Positions 34,028 through 41,854 of a stretch of 41,854 bases of DNA are shown in pieces; within the stretch, counting starts at the first letter, position 1, and each line of letters begins with the position of its first letter. This DNA comes from a virus. Its lineage: Duplodnaviria > Caudoviricetes. The translations under genes were made by a program, and so were the position numbers. Under the pieces are notes generated by a model. It worked only from the letters and a program-made list of their open reading frames with translations, was not told where the DNA came from and made no database searches. The stretch spans positions 1 through 41,854 of the IMG/VR virus record IMGVR_UViG_3300025653_000075; one strand, 5' to 3'.

Positions 34028-37000
34028 ATGGCAAAGTTTGGCTCATTTGATACAACAGAAGAAAACAACGATAGTGTACTTGATGCTACAACTTATAAAG
34101 TACCTGAAATAGCTACAAATGAAACAGATGCTTTAGAACAAATACAAACAGAAGAATTTTATAAAACATTAAAAAGTTATTATTCTTACAGAGAAGACGA
34201 TAAAAGATTTAATCGTATGTCTCATGCTGATTTATTAGATTATTTTTATACCGACAGGTCTTGGAGAACAAACAATACTGTGTCTATGGGTATGGACTTG
34301 TCTAATGTAATGGGTGAAGAAGATGAACAAAGATTAAAAGAATTTGCATACATATCACAAACTTATGAAAACTTGCCTTCGTTTTGGAATGACCCAAATA
34401 GAAGTTTTGGTGGTTGGTTAGTTGATAATGGTGGTGCTATGATACTAGACCCTGTTAACGTAGTAGGTGCAGGAGTTGGTGGTCAAGCGGCTAAACAAGC
34501 ATACAAACAAGCATTAAGAGTTACGCTAAAAGATAAAATGGCAAAAGAACTTAATGAAAGAGCATTAAAAGAAACAGCAAAGTATGCACAAAAACAAGCA
34601 TTAGGAAAAGCTGTTATTAAAGGTGGATTAACTGAAGGTGCTATCAATACAGTAATAGCAGGTGGTCAAGATGCTTTATTACAACATACAAACATAGAAG
34701 CAGGTATACAAGATAAGTATAGTTTTAGTAGAGGTGCAGTTGCTTCAGCCGCAGGTTTTGGTTTTGGTACTGTATTTGGTGGTGCATTTTCAGCAGGTGC
34801 TTTTAAACTAACAAATAATTCATTAAGAAGAAAAGGTGTTAAAAACCTATTAGAAATACACGAAAAAGGTCAAAGTAATATTACAGGTGCAAGATTGTTT
34901 GATGAGTTACTGCCAGATGAAACTACAAAAACTTTAAGAAACAAACCTGCTAAAACTACAAAAGAATATATTAATAAATTAGAAACTGATAAAATAACTC
35001 CCGAAGATAAACCCGCAGGGAAAAATGAACTTCCTATAAATTTAACAAAACAACGTGGTAAATACGAAGCGTTTGTAAAAAACAAAACAGAAGAAGTAAA
35101 AGAAAAAATTAAAAAGAAAGTAATAACTAGAGAACAAATGGTTAATGAAGTTGTTACTATGTATGGACAAGATAGAAAAAAATTTGAAGCAATGGCAGAT
35201 GATATGGCTAACAGTGAAGCCTTTGTCAAAGCCTATGTAACAATTATTGCACAAGCAGATGATATAAGAAGTGATTTTGATATGATAGGAGCATTGTCTA
35301 CTGAATTGCATAATAAAATAAATATGTCACCTAATGATATAGGATTAATTTTAAATAAAATTGAAGCAGTCGAACAAAGATTAGATAAAACTATTGTTCG
35401 TAAGAAGAAATCAGGTGAAAACATTGCAAGAGCTTTACAAGCAGGTAATGTAGATGCTGACGCTACAAGAGCCTCTGAACTTATTACTAACCCTGAAGAC
35501 CCTAAAATGGCGGCACTTAAAAGAGGTACACCAGAACAACGATTAGAATTTTATAGAGCTGTCGGTAAGTTAGCTGACAGAGACCAAATTATTAGAGCAT
35601 TACAAAATGCGAAAGAAGTTAATAGATGGGACATAGCTACAGAATTTGTAAACAATAACCTTTTATCTTCACCAGATACACACATACTTAACATTGTGTC
35701 AGGTCTAGTACAAACACAATGGAAACCTGCAACAATGGCGTTAAGAGGTGCAAACATGTTTTTTAGAGATAGAGACAGGTCTTTAGTTATAATGAGAGAA
35801 GCTCTACAAACATATTTATATCAATATGCTTTTATTGGACATGCTTTAAAAAGAGCAGGTAAGTCATTTTATGAAGGTCGAGCTATACTTGATAGTAGAC
35901 AAATGAAACATGATAGCACTATGAGACAAGGACAGCTTCAAGATTTATTTGATGCTTGGGGTGAAACAATAACTGACCTTGTAGGATTAGACGGAACAAG
36001 ATTAGGTAAAATTGTTACAGGAACATTTAAAGGAGCAGGAAGAGTTGTGTCAGCACCTATGAGAGTTCTTTCAGCAGGAGATGAATTTCTTAAATCTATG
36101 ATGTTTAAAGCTAGAATGACATCTTTAATTAACTCAAGAATATTAAAAGAAAACCCAGAGTTTAGTTTTAGTGATAGAAAATTAGGATTAACTGATATTA
36201 CTTATGCCGATAAGTATAAAAAAAGAGCTAAAGAAATAGAAGCAGAATATATTAGAAAAAATGGTTCAGCTATTGAAGTAGATAAAACTGTTGATGCTAG
36301 ATTAAATTCACCTTTGTATCATGCACAAGAAGGTTCATACACACAAAACGTAGGACAAATAAATCCTAATACAAAAGCATTAGATGATAAATTTACAGGT
36401 TCACTTTTAAGAATTGCAACAAAACATAAATCATTAAGATTATTAGGTCTTCACTTTGTAAACACTCCATCAAACTTATTGAGATGGTCAGCACAACATT
36501 TACCTTTCTTAGGTAGATTTCAATTTCAAATGGCTCACATGTTAGCAGAAAAAGGTTTACCTAGAGGTAAGTTTAGAAGTGAAATAGCTAGAGGTATGAA
36601 CCCATTTAGAAAAAAAGAATATCTTAATCCTGAAGCGGCGGCTGAAGCAAAAGCTAGAATACAAATGGGTTGGGCTTTGTGGGGAACAGCAGTTAGTTTT
36701 GCTATGTCTGGTAAAATTGTAGGTGGTGGTGATGTTGATTATAAAAAACAAAAAGACAAAGAAGCTAACACTGGCGAGATACCATACTCATACAAAACTA
36801 ATGATGGCAGATATATTTCTTTAAATAGATTAGACCCTATTATGATGCCATTTTTTATTGCGGCAGATTTAGTTTCTTTATTTAATCACAAGTTAAAACA
36901 CACTGATGATTTAGAACCTATGGTAGAGAAAGATACAACAGAATTAATTATGGGTGTTGTTGCAACACTTACAAGAAATGTATCTTCTAAATTTTATACA

Positions 37001-37819
37001 AAAAATATTATCGAATTAGTAAATATGATGACTTCAGATGACATCATGTTTTCTAAAAAACCACAAAGAATGGGTACACAGATAGCATCTCAATTTGCTT
37101 ACAAAGCATTCCCACTATCAGGTGGATTAAGATATTTAGATAGAGTTAATGATGAATGGGAAAGAGAATTATACACTTTAAGCGATAGATTAAGATTACC
37201 ATTTACAAGTAAAGATGCAATTATGCCAAAACGTAATATGTTTGGTGAACCTATTGATAGAAAAAATGGTTGGTTATTTGGATTAGGTGGTGAAAGTGGA
37301 TTATGGTCTTCACCATTTGCAATGACTAATTTTAAACAAACAGAAACATCTAAATTTATTAGCGAAAGAGAATTTAAGTACAGACACCCAGTGCAAAGTA
37401 TTAGACTTACAGGTGATAGCACAGGAGCTATAAATCTTAAAGATATAAGAAATGATAAACACCAAACAGCTTACGATAGAATGTTAGAAATTAAATTTAA
37501 CACTAGAGTAGATGAGGGTGGAAATATCATTACCAGTGAAGACTATGATGGCAAGAGATATACACTAGCAGAATACGTTGAAAAGATGATATTAGATAAA
37601 AACAGTGAGATTTACAGACACCCCGCAGGAACAATTAATGGTAAAGACGAACAAGCTCAAGTTATCATTGATTTTATCAAATACATTGACCGATATTCTA
37701 AAGATGAAATGATGGCAGAGTTCCCAGAATTTGCTGAAAGACAAAATGCTATCTTTGAAAATGAACGAACTAAATATCAAAAACACTACGAGACGCTAGA
37801 AACTCTAGCAAACAACTAA
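34028..37819 (+). CDS. internal virion protein (gp16-like)
   Basis: 1263 aa; NNLLSSPDTH, FVNTPSNL, RLDP motifs; synteny. Confidence 0.75.
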   Translation: MAKFGSFDTTEENNDSVLDATTYKVPEIATNETDALEQIQTEEFYKTLKSYYSYREDDKRFNRMSHADLLDYFYTDRSWRTNNTVSMGMDLSNVMGEEDEQRLKEFAYISQTYENLPSFWNDPNRSFGGWLVDNGGAMILDPVNVVGAGVGGQAAKQAYKQALRVTLKDKMAKELNERALKETAKYAQKQALGKAVIKGGLTEGAINTVIAGGQDALLQHTNIEAGIQDKYSFSRGAVASAAGFGFGTVFGGAFSAGAFKLTNNSLRRKGVKNLLEIHEKGQSNITGARLFDELLPDETTKTLRNKPAKTTKEYINKLETDKITPEDKPAGKNELPINLTKQRGKYEAFVKNKTEEVKEKIKKKVITREQMVNEVVTMYGQDRKKFEAMADDMANSEAFVKAYVTIIAQADDIRSDFDMIGALSTELHNKINMSPNDIGLILNKIEAVEQRLDKTIVRKKKSGENIARALQAGNVDADATRASELITNPEDPKMAALKRGTPEQRLEFYRAVGKLADRDQIIRALQNAKEVNRWDIATEFVNNNLLSSPDTHILNIVSGLVQTQWKPATMALRGANMFFRDRDRSLVIMREALQTYLYQYAFIGHALKRAGKSFYEGRAILDSRQMKHDSTMRQGQLQDLFDAWGETITDLVGLDGTRLGKIVTGTFKGAGRVVSAPMRVLSAGDEFLKSMMFKARMTSLINSRILKENPEFSFSDRKLGLTDITYADKYKKRAKEIEAEYIRKNGSAIEVDKTVDARLNSPLYHAQEGSYTQNVGQINPNTKALDDKFTGSLLRIATKHKSLRLLGLHFVNTPSNLLRWSAQHLPFLGRFQFQMAHMLAEKGLPRGKFRSEIARGMNPFRKKEYLNPEAAAEAKARIQMGWALWGTAVSFAMSGKIVGGGDVDYKKQKDKEANTGEIPYSYKTNDGRYISLNRLDPIMMPFFIAADLVSLFNHKLKHTDDLEPMVEKDTTELIMGVVATLTRNVSSKFYTKNIIELVNMMTSDDIMFSKKPQRMGTQIASQFAYKAFPLSGGLRYLDRVNDEWERELYTLSDRLRLPFTSKDAIMPKRNMFGEPIDRKNGWLFGLGGESGLWSSPFAMTNFKQTETSKFISEREFKYRHPVQSIRLTGDSTGAINLKDIRNDKHQTAYDRMLEIKFNTRVDEGGNIITSEDYDGKRYTLAEYVEKMILDKNSEIYRHPAGTINGKDEQAQVIIDFIKYIDRYSKDEMMAEFPEFAERQNAIFENERTKYQKHYETLETLANN

Positions 37820-37833
37820 ACTTACACTTTTAG
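37817..37833 (+). promoter_or_regulatory. phage RNAP promoter, copy 4 (TAAACTTACACTTTTAG), heads the tail-fibre genes
   Basis: 15/17 match to copies 1 and 2; same position as T7 phi17. Confidence 0.75.
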
Positions 37834-37866
37834 TAAAACCCAATCAAAAATTAAGGAAAATCATAC

Positions 37867-39342
37867 ATGGCAAATAGTTTTGTACGTTATACAGGTAATA
37901 ACAGTACAACATCTTATTCTATACCTTTTAGTTATAGAGCCACAAGTGACCTTACAGTTACCCTATCAGGGGTAGCAACTACAGCTTTTACCCTAAATAG
38001 TGCAGGGACTACCCTTACTTTTAATACTGCACCTGCCCAAGATGCGGCTATCGAGATTAGAAGAAGAACGTCACAAACTACTAAATTAGTAGACTATGCT
38101 TCTGGGTCAGTTCTTACAGAGAGTGATTTAGATACAGATAGTGACCAAGCGTTCTTTATGTCACAAGAAGCTATTGATGATGCAGGTGACGTTATTAAGA
38201 TTTCTAATACAAATTTTCAATGGGACACACAGAATAAAAGACTTACTAATGTAGCAGACCCAGTAAATAATACTGACGCTGTTAACAAACAATTTATATC
38301 TACAAACATACCTAATATTACAACAGTATCAGGTATTAGTTCTGATGTTACTACAGTTGCAGGTATAAGCTCTGATGTTACTGCGGTAGCAGGTGATGAA
38401 GCAGATATTGGAACAGTTGCTACGAACATAGCAAATGTAAACACTGTTGCTACAAACATTGCAGATGTAACTACCGTAGCAAACGATTTAAACGAAGCAA
38501 TTTCAGAAATAGAAACTGCGGCAAATGATTTAAATGAAGCTACGTCTGAAATAGACACAGTATCAAACAATATTTCAAACGTAAATACAGTCGGTACAAA
38601 TATTGCCAATGTAAATACTGTTGCAGGAATAAATGCAGATGTAACTACAGTTGCAGGTAATGATACAAATATTTCTACAGTAGCAGGTATTTCAGCTAAC
38701 GTAACTTCAGTTGCAGGTATATCAGCAGATGTAACAAGTGTTGCTAATGATGCTACAGATATAGGAACAGTTGCTACGGATATTGCTAAGGTAAATACAG
38801 TTGCAACTAATGTTGCTAATGTAAACACAGTAGCAGGAAACAATGCTAACATCACTTCGGTTGCAGGTAACGAAACAAATATTAATACAGTTGCTGGAAA
38901 CAACAGTAATATAAATACAGTAGCAACTAATAATGCAAATATTAATACAGTTGCAGGGGCAAACACAAATATTAATACAGTTGCAACTGACATTACCAAT
39001 GTAAATACTGTTGCTACAAATATTGCTGACGTAAATAGTTTTGCTAATTCATACAGAATTGGTGCAACAGACCCAACAACATCTTTAGACGAAGGTGATT
39101 TATTTTATAATTCAACAGACAATGCTCTTAAATATTATAACGGCTCATCTTGGCAACAAATTACAGCAGATACAGATGTTAAAACTTTAGTTTCAGCAAA
39201 TGATACAACAGCAGGTTTTTTAAATGGAAAATTAGTAGCAGGTTCAAATGTTACATTTACTGAAAATAATGACGGTGGAAACGAAACACTTTCTATTTCA
39301 GCAACAGACAATTCAATTCCTTTTGCAATAGCACTTGGATAA
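37867..39342 (+). CDS. tail fibre protein (T7 gp17-like N-terminal domain plus ~10-aa NxNTVA repeats)
   Basis: IPFSY, IRRRT, LVDYASGSVLTESDLD N-domain; long (N/D)(V/I)xTVA repeat shaft. Confidence 0.9.
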   Translation: MANSFVRYTGNNSTTSYSIPFSYRATSDLTVTLSGVATTAFTLNSAGTTLTFNTAPAQDAAIEIRRRTSQTTKLVDYASGSVLTESDLDTDSDQAFFMSQEAIDDAGDVIKISNTNFQWDTQNKRLTNVADPVNNTDAVNKQFISTNIPNITTVSGISSDVTTVAGISSDVTAVAGDEADIGTVATNIANVNTVATNIADVTTVANDLNEAISEIETAANDLNEATSEIDTVSNNISNVNTVGTNIANVNTVAGINADVTTVAGNDTNISTVAGISANVTSVAGISADVTSVANDATDIGTVATDIAKVNTVATNVANVNTVAGNNANITSVAGNETNINTVAGNNSNINTVATNNANINTVAGANTNINTVATDITNVNTVATNIADVNSFANSYRIGATDPTTSLDEGDLFYNSTDNALKYYNGSSWQQITADTDVKTLVSANDTTAGFLNGKLVAGSNVTFTENNDGGNETLSISATDNSIPFAIALG

Positions 39343-39364
39343 ATAATTAAGGAGAAAAATAAAC

Positions 39365-39688
39365 ATGGCAAATAACTTTAATTCAACAACAGCTAGTTTG
39401 ACAAATGCTACGTTGACTACAGTTAAGACCACTACATCTAACAAACAAGTTATGATTGGTTGTCTAGTATCTAATACTGGCACAACCTCTATACTTATAG
39501 ATATAGTTCTTAATGATGGTTCTAACGATAGATACATTGTTAAACAAGCACCAATACCAGTTGGAAGTTCTTTAGAAGCTATATCTGGAAAAGTAATTAT
39601 TCCTAATGGTGGTGCTGTTAAAGTAAAATCTGACAATGCTTCTGGTATTGCAGATGTAATTATTTCAACATTGGAAGACGTAGCATAG
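39365..39688 (+). CDS. tail-associated structural protein
   Basis: AAGGAG RBS; beta-rich; APIPVGSSLE motif. Confidence 0.7.
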   Translation: MANNFNSTTASLTNATLTTVKTTTSNKQVMIGCLVSNTGTTSILIDIVLNDGSNDRYIVKQAPIPVGSSLEAISGKVIIPNGGAVKVKSDNASGIADVIISTLEDVA

Positions 39689-40447
39689 ATGTATTTAGGA
39701 AATCAACCAGCATTAAGTTACACAAGTTTTGCTAAGCAAGACTTCACTACAAGTGCGACTACATCTTACACATTGGATAATCCAGTTGCTAATGCAAATG
39801 AGTTAGCATTATTTATTAACAATGTTAGACAAGAGCCTACAACTGCATATTCTGCAAGTGGAACTACACTAACATTAACAAGTGCTACTGCATCATCTGA
39901 CGATATGTACTGTGTGTATTTAGGTAAAGCTGTTCAAACAGTAAATCCACCAAACGCTAGTGTTGGAACTGCACAACTTGTTGATGACGCAGTAACTAAA
40001 GCTAAAACATCTAATTTAATGTATCCATCTTTTCAAGCGTATCTTTCATCAAACCAAACTGTAACAAGTGGTACAACAACAAAAATTCAACTTAACACAG
40101 AAGATTTTGATACAGATAATGCTTATGATAATTCAACAAACTATCGTTTTACTCCTCAAGTATCTGGAAAATATTTTGTTTATGCAACAGTTAGAGGAAA
40201 CGCAGGTACTTCTTCTTTAGATTTAGAAATGACAGCAATTTATAAAAATGGTTCTTCATATATTGAAAACCAAGTTGATTATAGAGGTAATGATGCACTA
40301 TTAGCTGGTATATCAGTTTCTGCTATTATTGATATGAATGGTAGTTCAGATTATTTAGAGTGTTTTGCAAGATGTTTAGGTGGAACAACTATAAATGGTT
40401 CTTCAACAAGACCATCAATATTTGGTGCATACAGGATAGGAGATTAA
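39689..40447 (+). CDS. tail fibre-type protein with C1q/TNF-like C-terminal domain
   Basis: MYLGNQP...NNVRQEP N-module; FDTDNAYD...FTPQVSGKYFV C-domain. Confidence 0.7.
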   Translation: MYLGNQPALSYTSFAKQDFTTSATTSYTLDNPVANANELALFINNVRQEPTTAYSASGTTLTLTSATASSDDMYCVYLGKAVQTVNPPNASVGTAQLVDDAVTKAKTSNLMYPSFQAYLSSNQTVTSGTTTKIQLNTEDFDTDNAYDNSTNYRFTPQVSGKYFVYATVRGNAGTSSLDLEMTAIYKNGSSYIENQVDYRGNDALLAGISVSAIIDMNGSSDYLECFARCLGGTTINGSSTRPSIFGAYRIGD

Positions 40448-40449
40448 TA

Positions 40450-41457
40450 ATGGCAATATCAAAAATACCAAGTGCTGGATTTCAAGACAATGTTAAGTTC
40501 AGAAACATCATCATCAATGGTGACATGAGCATTGCTCAAAGAGGAACTTCACAAGCTAGCATTACTTCTGCTGGTTATTATACAGTTGATAGATTTAGAA
40601 CAGCAATATCTTCTTTAGGTACATTTACACAATCGCAAGATAGTGATGTACCAAGTGGTCAAGGTTTTACTACATCATTAAAAATGGATTGTACTACTGC
40701 TGATGCTTCTCCTTCTGCAAGTGACCAGTTATTAATTCAACAAAGAATTGAAGGTCAAAATTTACAATATTTAAAAAAAGGAACTGCTAATGCAGAAAGT
40801 CTTACATTAAGTTTTTGGGTAAAATCAAATAAAACTGGAACATACGTTGCTAATATTTTAGATAATGATAATTCTAGACAAATTTCAAATTCTTATACAA
40901 TAAACGCATCAAACACTTGGGAGAAAAAAACTCTAACTTTTGCTGGAGATACTACTGGAGTTTTTGGTAATGATAATAATACATCTATTGAATTAAATTT
41001 TTGGTTAGGTGCTGGTTCTACTTACACATCTGGAACTTTACAAACATCTTGGACATCTACAGCAAATGCAGATTTAGCAGTAGGTCAAGTCAACCTTGCA
41101 GATAGCACATCAAACGAATGGTACATTACAGGCGTACAATTAGAAGCTGGAACAACTGCATCTGATTTTGAGTTCTTGCCACATGATGTGAATGAAAATA
41201 GATGTATGCGTTATTTTGAATATACAACTGGTGCAAACTCTCATGGTGGTTTGTATGCAGGTACAACATATATTGGTCATGTATTTTACAAAGTAAGAAA
41301 AAGAACAAGACCAACCTTATCTGATTGGACAGGTACATCTGGCTCAACATTAAATAATTCTAGTGGTGGTGACAGAGGTGGAACAGATAACATGTATTAC
41401 ACAAATCAAAATGCAGGTGCTTATGTCATTGTAGGTAAAATAGATGCGGAGTTATAA
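40450..41457 (+). CDS. tail fibre / carbohydrate-binding-type protein
   Basis: RNIIINGDMSIAQRG, TLSFWVKS, ITGVQLEAG, CMRYF motifs; ATG 40450 preferred to the track start at 40360. Confidence 0.75.
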   Translation: MAISKIPSAGFQDNVKFRNIIINGDMSIAQRGTSQASITSAGYYTVDRFRTAISSLGTFTQSQDSDVPSGQGFTTSLKMDCTTADASPSASDQLLIQQRIEGQNLQYLKKGTANAESLTLSFWVKSNKTGTYVANILDNDNSRQISNSYTINASNTWEKKTLTFAGDTTGVFGNDNNTSIELNFWLGAGSTYTSGTLQTSWTSTANADLAVGQVNLADSTSNEWYITGVQLEAGTTASDFEFLPHDVNENRCMRYFEYTTGANSHGGLYAGTTYIGHVFYKVRKRTRPTLSDWTGTSGSTLNNSSGGDRGGTDNMYYTNQNAGAYVIVGKIDAEL

Positions 41458-41459
41458 TT

Positions 41460-41660
41460 ATGAATAAAGAAAATATTACAAGTGCTGAATATAGTTACTG
41501 CGTTATTAGTGGTGAAAAAAATATGATTAAAGTAGTAGCTGATGAAATTGTTTATTGGATACCTAATGAGTGTCCAGAAAATAAAGACTATCAAACAATA
41601 TTAGAATGGATAGCTGACGGAAACACAGTTATTGATAATCCACCAGAGGAGACACCATAA
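41460..41660 (+). CDS. putative tail-fibre assembly protein (NKDYQxIxEWIADGNT)
   Basis: ORF track; follows the fibre gene; GGAG RBS. Confidence 0.65.
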   Translation: MNKENITSAEYSYCVISGEKNMIKVVADEIVYWIPNECPENKDYQTILEWIADGNTVIDNPPEETP

Positions 41661-41854
41661 TGGCTTATCTTGGCAGAGGATTAGATAAAATATCAAACAT
41701 AGAGGTACTAGATAATATTACCTTTGATGGTTCTAGTTCTTATTCTATTACAAAAGGTTCAGTAGCATTTACACCAAACTCTGCTCAATCATGTTTGATT
41801 AGTATTGATGGAGTTGTACAGGCTACTAACTTCTCAGTAAATTCTTCAACAATT
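41660..41854 (+). CDS. tail fibre-type protein, N-terminal part (MAYLGRGLD...ISIDGVVQ...NSSTI), runs off the window end
   Basis: Translated by hand: 65 open codons, TAATG coupling, GAGGAG RBS; likely continues at base 1. Confidence 0.75.
   Translation, partial: MAYLGRGLDKISNIEVLDNITFDGSSSYSITKGSVAFTPNSAQSCLISIDGVVQATNFSVNSSTI

Noticed and set aside
38217-38999. 260-aa minus-strand ORF
   Set aside because: Antisense shadow of the repetitive tail-fibre shaft; no RBS or independent signal.
652-41350. Remaining short minus-strand ORFs in the track
   Set aside because: Nearly all overlap well-supported plus-strand genes or the terminus region and lack RBSs; T7-like genomes are transcribed from one strand.

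Overview
Near-complete (~41.9 kb, AT-rich), circularly permuted genome of a T7-like podovirus (Autographiviridae). Gene content and order match HTVC019P-like SAR11 pelagiphages. All real genes are on the + strand. Order: end of tail-fibre/lysis module, terminases and lysozyme (1-5610); non-coding terminus-like region (5611-6400); early region of small ORFs (6.4-9.5 kb); MarR-like HTH, tyrosine integrase and an attP made of the 5' half of tRNA-Cys(GCA); single-subunit RNAP; replication genes (SSB, endonuclease I, gp3.5-like, primase-helicase, Pol A, exonuclease, class Ia RNR); T7-type head, tail and internal virion genes; tail-fibre cassettes. Main finding: the early operon is punctuated by four complete hammerhead ribozymes (type III at 6568-6621 and 6937-6996, type I at 7752-7838 and 9133-9193). 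All have intact cores, lie in sense orientation at gene boundaries, and three are coupled to a repeated CAATCAACAA-GGAG leader. This suggests a self-processing early mRNA, analogous to RNase III processing in T7. Also seen: a 17-bp phage promoter in four copies, a candidate TATGCA-N4-TGCATA operator network, an amidase with altered catalytic residues, an internal gp4B-like start, and apparent avoidance of GCWGC and GATC. All calls are by eye; no searches or folding computations were run.
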